From a virus: DNA of 21,020 nucleotides. The notes under the pieces were generated by a model that did no database searches, was not told the DNA's origin, and saw only the letters and a program-made list of their open reading frames with translations. Every line of letters starts with the position of its first letter. The first letter of the stretch is position 1. The DNA is taken from IMG/VR virus record IMGVR_UViG_3300025352_000014. One strand, 5' to 3'. A program made the translations under genes and the position numbers. Below are positions 1 to 7,518 of the stretch, in pieces.

Positions 1-120
1 CCGCGTCCATCGCCGTCGAGGACGTGCTGACCGCGTCCATCGCGGTCTCGGATTCGCTGACCTCGTCCATCACGACCGACGAGGCAGCGATGCTCGTCAT
101 CGCTGCGGAGTCCGCGAACT
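1..120 (-). repeat. Tandem 30-bp (10-aa) repeats encoding S-x-T-A-M-D-A-V-like units
   Basis: 1-30 ccgcgtccatcgccgtcgaggacgtgctga; 31-60 ccgcgtccatcgcggtctcggattcgctga; 61-90 cctcgtccatcacgaccgacgaggcagcga; 91-120 is a degenerate copy. Confidence 0.9.
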
Positions 121-415
121 TCGCGAAGTTCTGGTAGTAGGAGTCTCGCGTCGACGCGTCGACCTCCTCGGGGTACAGCGCGAACCGAAGGTCGGTTCGA
201 GCGTCCGCTGCCGAGCTCTCGACGGCGTCGAGTTCGTCCTGGGTCGCCGTCTCGAAACTGAGCTCGCCGGTCCCGATCGCGTTCTGCGAGACGTCGACAG
301 TCAGCGTTCCGTTCTCGTCGTCGTAAGTGACGTCGAGCCCGTTCCCAGCAGCCAGCAGCGCGGCGACGACGTCCTCGATATCTTCATCGGTCTTACTGAT
401 TGGTCGGAGTGTCAT
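1..415 (-). CDS. Tail fibre protein with MDAV repeats, 5' part only (not in the ORF track because it runs off the edge)
   Basis: ATG at 415 with GAGGTGA at 420-426. Manual translation: MTLRPISKTDEDIEDVVAALLAAGNGLDVTYDDENGTLTVDVSQNAIGTGELSFETATQDELDAVE...FADSAAMTSIAASSVVMDEVSESETAMDAVSTSSTAMDA; open to the window edge. Confidence 0.85.
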   Translation of the reverse strand, partial: MTLRPISKTDEDIEDVVAALLAAGNGLDVTYDDENGTLTVDVSQNAIGTGELSFETATQDELDAVESSAADARTDLRFALYPEEVDASTRDSYYQNFAKFADSAAMTSIAASSVVMDEVSESETAMDAVSTSSTAMDA

Positions 416-424
416 CAGATCACC

Positions 425-997
425 TCAGGTCCCGTCCTCGATGTGGAGCATGTCCTCGGCCTCGTCGTAGGCGATCGATCCCTCTGGCATGTCGGTTGGA
501 ATGTCGGATTTCGTTGCATATCTCGGGATGGTCAGCGTCTCGTTGATCGTCGCCACCTCGAACGTCCCCTCCGGAGCACGGTTCAGTTCGGTCGCCGTGT
601 CGGCGCTGGTGTCGATCTCCCCGATCTTCAGCGACGAGTCCGACGGCGCCGCGCCGGTCGTGTTCACCACGATCGTCGGCGAGTCGTTCGTGCCGATGTT
701 CCCGTCGACGAAGACGTGGTTCACGGCGCCGTCGGTCAGCGCGAGGCCGGCGCGCGCGTCCAGGTGGACGACGTGGTCGACGCGATGGCGGGTCTCGCCG
801 GTCGAGGCCGCCGTCGCCGTGTCCCCGAGGAGGTACGCTTTCCCCTCGGAGACGTCGAACGTCAGGGCGCCGTAGTCGATGTTCTGGAGCTCGAGGCCGT
901 ACTCGACGTAGTCGGTGATGTTCGACCGGCCGAGGTGTTCGGCGAAGTTGGCCGCGTCGTCGGGGTCACCCGACTGCGGGAAGCTGTGGTCCGCCAT
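425..997 (-). CDS. Tail fibre-associated (proximal fibre/adaptor) protein
   Basis: 190 aa, beta-rich, lies between the baseplate genes and the fibre gene. GAGGTGA RBS at 1001-1007 overlaps the upstream stop codon. Confidence 0.6.
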   Translation of the reverse strand: MADHSFPQSGDPDDAANFAEHLGRSNITDYVEYGLELQNIDYGALTFDVSEGKAYLLGDTATAASTGETRHRVDHVVHLDARAGLALTDGAVNHVFVDGNIGTNDSPTIVVNTTGAAPSDSSLKIGEIDTSADTATELNRAPEGTFEVATINETLTIPRYATKSDIPTDMPEGSIAYDEAEDMLHIEDGT

Positions 998-1000
998 CGG

Positions 1001-1360
1001 TCACCTCGTCTGCTCCAGCGGCACACGGAACTCCGAGCGCTCGCCGGCGTTGACCGTCACCGGAGCGCGGACCTCGCGCAGCACCAGGACGTCGCCGGCG
1101 AACAGGCCGAACTCCGTGATCGCCGTGTCGGCCGGTACCTCGAGGCCGCCGGAGACCTCGATGGCGTACTCTTCGATGCCGTGACCGGCCTCGAAGACGC
1201 CGTCCAGGTCGCGGGCCTGCTCCTCCTGGAGCTCCTGGTCGTCGATCGATGGCGGGTCGGTGCCGGTACCGACCGCGACCGCGTCGATCGGGCCGGATGC
1301 CAGTCCGGCTGCTCTATCGCCGAGCCATTCGAGTCCGTCGTCTGTGATGGTGCTTGTCAT
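1001..1360 (-). CDS. Stand-alone tail-fibre N-terminal/baseplate-attachment domain (P2 gpH N-terminus-like)
   Basis: Pattern ITDDG...IDAVAVGTG..PP..DD..L.EE.AR...ITEFGLFAGD resembles the conserved N-terminus of P2-type fibres; it follows the gpI-like gene. Confidence 0.65.
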   Translation of the reverse strand: MTSTITDDGLEWLGDRAAGLASGPIDAVAVGTGTDPPSIDDQELQEEQARDLDGVFEAGHGIEEYAIEVSGGLEVPADTAITEFGLFAGDVLVLREVRAPVTVNAGERSEFRVPLEQTR

Positions 1361-1369
1361 GGTTGGTTG

Positions 1370-1963
1370 TCAGGAAAGGGTACCTTCGCCGAGCTCACCG
1401 GTTCCCAGGCCGCTCGTCGACGTGATGACGCGCGTCCCGCTGCTGGTCGGCGTCACCGTATCGCCCTCGAGCAGGTAGTGAACCGGATCCAGGCGCTCGA
1501 TAGCGAGCGGGTCGGCGAGGTCGGCGAGGGTACGGACGGTGCCCGTCTCGTGGGCGGTCCAGTCCGTGAGTTCGATTTCGTACTTGTTCGCGTCGAAGTC
1601 CTCGAGGACGTCGACGACATCGGTGTCGACGAGCAGGCCCGAGGAGACGGCCTGCTTGACGCCCGGGATGGTCCCGACGCCCTGGAAGAACGCCATCAGG
1701 GACATCAGGTACGCCCGGTAGGAGTCGTCGTCGCGACCGCGGCGCCGCCCGAGCACGCCGTACTCGTTCCCGATGAGGTTCAGCTCCTGGCCGGTCGCAG
1801 TCTCGATGTGGATCTCGTCCTTGACTTGCGCGAGATCCGCATCGAACTCGTCGAGCTCGCCCTGGTGGGCGTCGAGCCAGGGCTCGAACTCCATCGAGTC
1901 GTCGTACAGCGGGAACAGCGACGGGAGGCGGCCGCGGAGCGTCTGGTCGGTGTCCTCGGCCAT
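1370..1963 (-). CDS. Baseplate wedge protein (P2 gpI / Mu gp48-like position)
   Basis: Motif IETATGQELNLIGNEYGVLGRRRGRDDDSYRAYL; directly downstream of baseplate J; GGAGGT RBS. Confidence 0.75.
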   Translation of the reverse strand: MAEDTDQTLRGRLPSLFPLYDDSMEFEPWLDAHQGELDEFDADLAQVKDEIHIETATGQELNLIGNEYGVLGRRRGRDDDSYRAYLMSLMAFFQGVGTIPGVKQAVSSGLLVDTDVVDVLEDFDANKYEIELTDWTAHETGTVRTLADLADPLAIERLDPVHYLLEGDTVTPTSSGTRVITSTSGLGTGELGEGTLS

Positions 1964-1964
1964 C

Positions 1965-3350
1965 TTAGACCTCCGTCACCGTGGCGTCCCCGACGACCGA
2001 CTTCTCCTGCGTCCCGAACGTGACGTCGTGGTCGACCTGGTGGTCGACGGTGAACGTCTCGCCGTCGTCGGGCGCAGCGCCGCCGATCGACCAGTCGATC
2101 GCGTCCGGCGTACCGTCGCCGGAGTCGTCGACCTCCTGGTAGTCGGTCCCCTTCTCGTACTGGTCGCCGGAGTCGTCCTCGACGTTCGCGACCGAGCCCG
2201 CGACGATCGGGGCGCGGTCGAGCGCGTAGACGCTCGTGCCGGCCTGGTACGTGTGGACCTCGTCGACGGCGGTCGTCGTCAGCGAGTCGATGCCCTCGAT
2301 CCCGTCGTCGGCGTTCATGATCGTCTGGATCACCCGGTCGATGACGTACGTGTCACCGAGGCCGAGGTTGCCGACGTAGGTGCGGAGGTCCTCCTCGACG
2401 GCCGCGACGTCGACGTCGGAGCCGGAGACGTCGGCGGTGATGTCGAGGGTGACCTGCGTCGGGCGGACGAGCGTGCCCTCGATGGCGACCGGGCGGAGCT
2501 CGTCCATCTTGTCCCGCAGCGCGTCGTCGCTCGGGCCGCCGTCGACGACGTAGTCGAAGGTGTTCTCGTCGGTGTCCTCGACGATCTCGACGTTCTCGCT
2601 GTCGAGGCCGGCGAAGGCAGCGATGAGGCCGTTCTCGACGCCCTGGAGGGTGCCGCCGCCGGAAGTGCCGACCAGCGACTCCTTCGCGCGAGCGCGCAGC
2701 TCCTCGTCGGTCTCCTCGTCCTCCCCGCCGGTCGTGGCCTCGGGGTTGGTGACGGGCGGATTCCCGCCGACGCCCGGGACGGACTGGGGGAGGAACGTGA
2801 TCGTGCCGGCGCCGACGTTGTAGTCGGTGCCGCGCTCGGCGGCCTCGATGTCGACGTCGACGGAGCTCTCTCCCTGGGGCGATACAACTTCCGTGGTCGT
2901 GAAGAACGCCAGGTACTCGCCATCGGCGTCGGGCTGCGTCCCGACGACGGTCCCGTTCGGGATGAGGACCTCGTCGGCCGACGTCTCGAAGGTGACCGTG
3001 CCGGTCGCGAAGGTCCCGGGGTCCCGGAACGTGGAGTACCGCTTCGCGAGCGCGTCCAGGTCGGAGGACTCGATGTACGAGTTCAGCAGCTCGAGGTCGA
3101 CGCGCTCGGCGTCGACGCCGAGGTCGTCGAGGTCCTGCTCGGTGATCTCCTTGCCGGCGTAGTCGATGTACGCCGACAGCTGGACGGCGAGCGCCTCGTG
3201 CTGGCGCTCGCGCATCTCGGCGCTGAACCCGTCGTCCGTGATCGCCCGCTCGGGGCTGTTCGGACTGAAGTTCGTGATCGCCGACGCTGCCGCGATGGCG
3301 TCCCTGATGCGTTCGTAGATCTGCTCTTGTTGTTCTGGTTCAAGTACCAT
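1965..3350 (-). CDS. Baseplate J-like wedge protein
   Basis: Typical J motifs: ATGTVTF..IPNGTVV, VDIEAAERGTDYNVGAGTI, VTNPEATTGGEDEETDEELRAR. Confidence 0.92.
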   Translation of the reverse strand: MVLEPEQQEQIYERIRDAIAAASAITNFSPNSPERAITDDGFSAEMRERQHEALAVQLSAYIDYAGKEITEQDLDDLGVDAERVDLELLNSYIESSDLDALAKRYSTFRDPGTFATGTVTFETSADEVLIPNGTVVGTQPDADGEYLAFFTTTEVVSPQGESSVDVDIEAAERGTDYNVGAGTITFLPQSVPGVGGNPPVTNPEATTGGEDEETDEELRARAKESLVGTSGGGTLQGVENGLIAAFAGLDSENVEIVEDTDENTFDYVVDGGPSDDALRDKMDELRPVAIEGTLVRPTQVTLDITADVSGSDVDVAAVEEDLRTYVGNLGLGDTYVIDRVIQTIMNADDGIEGIDSLTTTAVDEVHTYQAGTSVYALDRAPIVAGSVANVEDDSGDQYEKGTDYQEVDDSGDGTPDAIDWSIGGAAPDDGETFTVDHQVDHDVTFGTQEKSVVGDATVTEV

Positions 3351-3359
3351 CGTGATCTC

Positions 3360-3722
3360 CTACAGTGGAAGGACGAACTCGCCGCGCTCGCCGGTCTCCG
3401 CGACCACGGTCAGCTGTACCTCGGCCGTCCCGGCGTCATCGGTACGTCTGACCTCGACGGGCTCGACGACTCGCTGGATCCGACCGTCGCGACGGGCGAC
3501 GCGCTTCACGGCGATCTTGATCTCCTCCGCGAGGTCGGGCGTGAGCCGCTCGTGGAGCAGGTCGCCGAGTTCGAGCGTCGCTCCGAACGCGAGGTCGCGA
3601 CCGAGGACGTCTTCGCCCTCGGCGAGCGCGAGCGAGCCGGCCCTCGTCTCGAAGTCCCAGCGGGCCCCAAACGAGAGCCCGCGGCCGTACATCTCCGCTT
3701 CGGTGGGGTCTGTGTCTGGCAT
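3360..3722 (-). CDS. Baseplate wedge/sheath initiator (T4 gp25 / P2 gpW-like)
   Basis: About 120 aa containing EIKIAVKRVARRDGRIQRV, located between spike and J. The ATG at 3722 is preferred over the GTG at 3731 because GAGGTG sits just upstream of it. Confidence 0.75.
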   Translation of the reverse strand: MPDTDPTEAEMYGRGLSFGARWDFETRAGSLALAEGEDVLGRDLAFGATLELGDLLHERLTPDLAEEIKIAVKRVARRDGRIQRVVEPVEVRRTDDAGTAEVQLTVVAETGERGEFVLPL

Positions 3723-3754
3723 GAAAAGCACCTCTCGTGGTCGACAGGCCTGCG

Positions 3755-4354
3755 TCAGCTCGACTCGACGTCGGCGCTCCCGTCGACGATCGTCCCGATC
3801 TGGTTCCCGGCGTCGTCCTCGACGGCGTCACCCTGGCGGGCGACCGGCTGCAGGTCGCCGTCCGGGTTCCCGAGGACGACCTGGCCCGAGTCGTCGAGCT
3901 CGACGACCAGGTCCGGGGAGCCGTCGCCGGCGCCGCTCGCGAGGCGCGCGAACGAGCCGTCGCCCGCGACCTTCACCGACAGGTCCCCGCGGCTGAACTG
4001 GACGTCGCCGACGTCGCCGATCGGGGCGCGGTCGTCGGGAGCGTCGCCGTACACCACCTGCGTGATGATCGGCTCGTCGCCGTCGCCGGCGAGGTACTCG
4101 ACGAGGACGAGGTCGTTCGGCTCCGGGACCGTCAGCGCGCCCGACGTCGGGACGGCGATCGGGACGCGGTCGTGGCTCCGGATCTCGTGCGGGCCGGGCG
4201 GGATCGAGAGGTCGGCCTCGTGGTTCGAGGTGTCGTCGACGTCGCTGTGCGTGTAGACCTCCTCGACCTCGGCGATGCGCGGCATCCGGATCTCGTCCCG
4301 GATGACCTTCAGGATGCGAGCGCGCTCTGTGTTCTCGAGTTCTTCGTCAGTCAT
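3755..4354 (-). CDS. Baseplate central spike (P2 gpV / Mu gp45-like)
   Basis: N-terminal OB-fold-like pattern (RIAEVEEV...VPIAVP..G...VPEPNDLVLVEY..GD..EPII) followed by a Gly-rich beta-repeat region; synteny. Confidence 0.8.
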   Translation of the reverse strand: MTDEELENTERARILKVIRDEIRMPRIAEVEEVYTHSDVDDTSNHEADLSIPPGPHEIRSHDRVPIAVPTSGALTVPEPNDLVLVEYLAGDGDEPIITQVVYGDAPDDRAPIGDVGDVQFSRGDLSVKVAGDGSFARLASGAGDGSPDLVVELDDSGQVVLGNPDGDLQPVARQGDAVEDDAGNQIGTIVDGSADVESS

Positions 4355-4358
4355 GGTG

Positions 4359-5342
4359 TTAGGCCTCGATGAGTCCCCCGAGGTTGCAGCGCGTGACGAA
4401 CCCGCTCCTGGAGTCGAGGGTGTGTTTGATCGCGGAGACGAGGTACTCCTCGCCGCCGAGCGTCTCGGGCATCTGGACCGTGTCGAACGGCCGGATCGAC
4501 TCGTTGCCGACCAGCTCGATCCAGCCCGACTTCTGCTGCGCCTGGAGGCGCTTGTGGATGGCGTCGGCCGCCTTCTGCGCCTGCTCCTGGGTCTGGATGT
4601 CGTTGTCCCGGAGCGTGAACCGCGGCGTGCCGGTGCCGGCCGTCGCGACGATCGGCGAGCTCGAGATCATGTACCGGTAGCCGAGGCCGCGCCGGGAGAC
4701 GGGACTCGAGCCGATGACGCGCACGCTCTGGTAGGCGGGCGTCCGCTTCCCCGGGGAGGCGTCCCGGATCAGCTCGGCCTCGTGGCGCTCCGTCTCCGCC
4801 GCGATGTTCTCCGTGACGACGACCTCGTTCCCGGCGGACACCCACCAGGCCGCGTCGCCCCAGCGGGCGACCTTCTTCAGCACCTTGTCGCAGCGGGTCT
4901 CGTCGAACGACGGCGAGACGCGGACCTGCGGGAGGTCCACCTGGCCGGTGACGCCGGCCTCGGCGAGCGCGGCCTCGGTGATCTCGGTGATCGAGGCGCG
5001 GTTGTACGTCCCCGAGAGGGTGTTCAGCTTCAGGTCCGCGACGGCGTCGTAGCAGTTCAGCCGGATCCGCAGCGAGATCCCCGGCTTCGAGTTCCGGATC
5101 GTCCCCCGGAACACCAGCGTGTCGCGGAGGTAGACCTCGGCGTCGACCTCCTCGGGGATGTCCGTCTCCGAGAGCACGGTGACGTCGAGCTTCCCGGCGG
5201 TGTTGTACCGGTCGCTCTTGTACGTGAGGCCCGTGTCGAGCTCGGTCTGGTGGGACGTCCCGGAGGTGCCGCCGGAGACGATGCGGTACGTCTCGCCGGC
5301 GGCGCGCACCTCTCCGTAGACAGGCCGAGTCTCGATGGGCAC
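4359..5342 (-). CDS. Baseplate hub (P2 gpD / Mu gp44-like)
   Basis: 327 aa, GTG start directly abutting the upstream stop codon. Motifs LVFRGTI, LNCYDAVADLK, WIELVGNESIRPFDTV..GEEYLVSAIKHTLD..GFVTRCNL. Confidence 0.82.
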   Translation of the reverse strand: MPIETRPVYGEVRAAGETYRIVSGGTSGTSHQTELDTGLTYKSDRYNTAGKLDVTVLSETDIPEEVDAEVYLRDTLVFRGTIRNSKPGISLRIRLNCYDAVADLKLNTLSGTYNRASITEITEAALAEAGVTGQVDLPQVRVSPSFDETRCDKVLKKVARWGDAAWWVSAGNEVVVTENIAAETERHEAELIRDASPGKRTPAYQSVRVIGSSPVSRRGLGYRYMISSSPIVATAGTGTPRFTLRDNDIQTQEQAQKAADAIHKRLQAQQKSGWIELVGNESIRPFDTVQMPETLGGEEYLVSAIKHTLDSRSGFVTRCNLGGLIEA

Positions 5343-5729
5343 TCACACCACCTCGATCAGGTCGACGATGTAGTCGTAGCGCCAGCCGGTGCTGTCCTCG
5401 ACGCCCTGCGGGTCCGTGCTGACGTCGCTGATGTAGACGTCGCCGGAGTGCCTGGAGTGCCGGAGGCTGACGACCGTGCCGATCATGTCGTCGAGCGTGT
5501 TGGCGGTCTCCTTGTAGCAGGTCCCGCGCAGCGTCCAGTCGCGGGCCTCGCGGCCCATCGGCTGGAGTACCATCGCGCGGTCGTCCTCCTCGGAGAGCGG
5601 GAGGACCTCGTGCTGGACGTACTTCCCCGAGCCCTGGTTGCTCAGCTGAGGATGCTCGAACGCGAACTCGATGTCCCCGAGCCGGGCAGTGGGCCGGCGC
5701 TCGTCCGTGATGTTTTCGTTAGAGCTCAT
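5343..5729 (-). CDS. Tail tube initiator (P2 gpU / Mu gp43 N-terminus-like)
   Basis: 128 aa directly after the tape measure gene, containing LQPMGREARDWTLRG and ending YIVDLIEV. Confidence 0.72.
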   Translation of the reverse strand: MSSNENITDERRPTARLGDIEFAFEHPQLSNQGSGKYVQHEVLPLSEEDDRAMVLQPMGREARDWTLRGTCYKETANTLDDMIGTVVSLRHSRHSGDVYISDVSTDPQGVEDSTGWRYDYIVDLIEVV

Positions 5730-5735
5730 GGGTGG

Positions 5736-7517
5736 TCAGAACTGCTGGCCGTCCTCGCGGGCCCGCGATTCGCTGTTCGCCTTCCGGACGGCCTCGGTGA
5801 CCGTCTGCTCGACCTGGGACTGCGAGGAGTCCCCGAAGTTGGCGCCGCGGAAGTCGTAGTGGTTCTTCGACTCCTCCTTCGTCCGGCCCTTGTCCTCGTC
5901 CTCGGGCGCGGACTCGGTTTCCTCGCCGGCCTTCAGACCGTCGAGGTTGACGGTCTCCTGGACGTCGCCGAAGTCGACGGAGACGCCCGGGATGGCGTTG
6001 ACCACCGACATCGCCCAGTCCATGAGCTGCTGGATGGCGCCGATCGCGGTGTCGACCCACCCCATCACCGTCGAGATGACGGTGTCCACGACGCCCATGA
6101 ACCAGTCGAAGACGCCGCCGACGAACTTGATGATCTCCCCGAGGTTCGCGATCGTCCAGATGACGACCCCGAGTGGCCCGAGGAGGAACGTCAGCGGTCC
6201 GAGCAGGTCCTCGATCGCGAGGATCATCCCGTACGTGACCTGGATGGCGAACTCGACGATCTCGACGAGGGCGTTCCAGACGCCCTTGACGAAGCCGATA
6301 ATGTCGCCCCAGAGGCCGAAGTACGTGATGATGCCGACGACGGCGCCGATGAGCGCCCCGATCGCCAGGGCGGTCGCGGAGATCGGCGCCGTGATCACGC
6401 CGATGGCGCCGGCGAGCACGCCGGTCGCAGCTGCCGCGGCGCCGGCGACGCTCCCGTAGACAGCGACCACAGCTGTGTAGACCGCGAACGCCCCGGCTGC
6501 GGCCAGGACTGGCTCCGGGAGCGAGCCGATCAGCGTGGCCGTCCACCCGATGAGGCTGAGCAGTGGGTTCAGCACCGGGAGGACCAGGTCGAGGATGGCG
6601 ACCCCGAGCGTGGTCAGCCCCGCTGCGGCGTCGACGACAGCACCACCGAGCCCGATCATCTCCGACTGGACGCGGACGGTGCTCTCGCGTAGGAACGCGA
6701 TGAGCTGCGGGACGTCGCCGAGCATCGACGCGAGCGCCTCGAGGGACGGCATCAGTGCCGTCAGGGTCGTGTCGAGCTCGTCGAAGACAGCAGGGGCCGA
6801 TGCCAGGATTTCACCCCCGAACATCGACCCCACCTCACGCAACGTCCCGGACATCTGCGCGAACCCGCGACTGGCGATCCCGACCAGCTCGATGACGCCC
6901 TCGAGGCCCGCCATCGCGAACTCGGTGTTCGCGGCGGTCTGGAGCGGCTCGGTCGCCTCCTTCAGCTGGCTGCCGAAGTCCTTGAAGATCGCCTGCATCG
7001 CCTCCGAGGAGTCCTCGAACTGGCTCGAGGCGGCGGCCATGTTCTCTGCCTTCCGCTGGAGGCCGCCGAACGCGATCGCGGCGATCCCGCCGGCCGCGGC
7101 GCCGGCGGCCGTCGCGACGCCTCCGAGCGCGCCCGCCAGGCCGAACAGCGGGACGACGCCGGCGGCGACGAGCGGCCCCATCGTGCCGATGCTGCCGCGG
7201 AGTGGCCCCATCGACGCGGCGAGGCCGAGCGACGACGTCGCGGCGTCGTCCATCGCGGAGTCGAGCGCCTTCGTCTTGAGGGCGGCCTGGAGCGCCTCGT
7301 CGCCCATCTCGTCGACGGCGCCCTTCGCCGTCCGCATCCCGACTCCCGTCTGGATGGCCTCGTCGTCGACCTGGTCGAGCGCCGACCCGAGGGACCTGAA
7401 CTCCACTCCTGACTGGACCGCTTCATCGCCCGCCGCCTCGGTGGCGTTCGCCGCGCTGTTCATCGCGCGGCTGATCGTCTCGGTGGCGAGGAGGCTGGCG
7501 TTGAGTGCCTCGAACAT
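5736..7517 (-). CDS. Tape measure protein
   Basis: 593 aa, Ala/Gly-rich and helical, with N-terminal 21-aa repeats (GDEAVQSGVEFRSLGSALDQV / DDEAIQTGVGMRTAKGAVDEM / GDEALQAALKTKALDSAMDDA) and a hydrophobic Trp-containing C-terminal half; follows the chaperone gene. Confidence 0.9.
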   Translation of the reverse strand: MFEALNASLLATETISRAMNSAANATEAAGDEAVQSGVEFRSLGSALDQVDDEAIQTGVGMRTAKGAVDEMGDEALQAALKTKALDSAMDDAATSSLGLAASMGPLRGSIGTMGPLVAAGVVPLFGLAGALGGVATAAGAAAGGIAAIAFGGLQRKAENMAAASSQFEDSSEAMQAIFKDFGSQLKEATEPLQTAANTEFAMAGLEGVIELVGIASRGFAQMSGTLREVGSMFGGEILASAPAVFDELDTTLTALMPSLEALASMLGDVPQLIAFLRESTVRVQSEMIGLGGAVVDAAAGLTTLGVAILDLVLPVLNPLLSLIGWTATLIGSLPEPVLAAAGAFAVYTAVVAVYGSVAGAAAAATGVLAGAIGVITAPISATALAIGALIGAVVGIITYFGLWGDIIGFVKGVWNALVEIVEFAIQVTYGMILAIEDLLGPLTFLLGPLGVVIWTIANLGEIIKFVGGVFDWFMGVVDTVISTVMGWVDTAIGAIQQLMDWAMSVVNAIPGVSVDFGDVQETVNLDGLKAGEETESAPEDEDKGRTKEESKNHYDFRGANFGDSSQSQVEQTVTEAVRKANSESRAREDGQQF

Positions 7518-7518
7518 G

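Noticed and set aside
1-120. CRISPR array interpretation of the 30-bp repeats
   Set aside because: No spacers; the repeats are in-frame coding units with synonymous and amino-acid variation.
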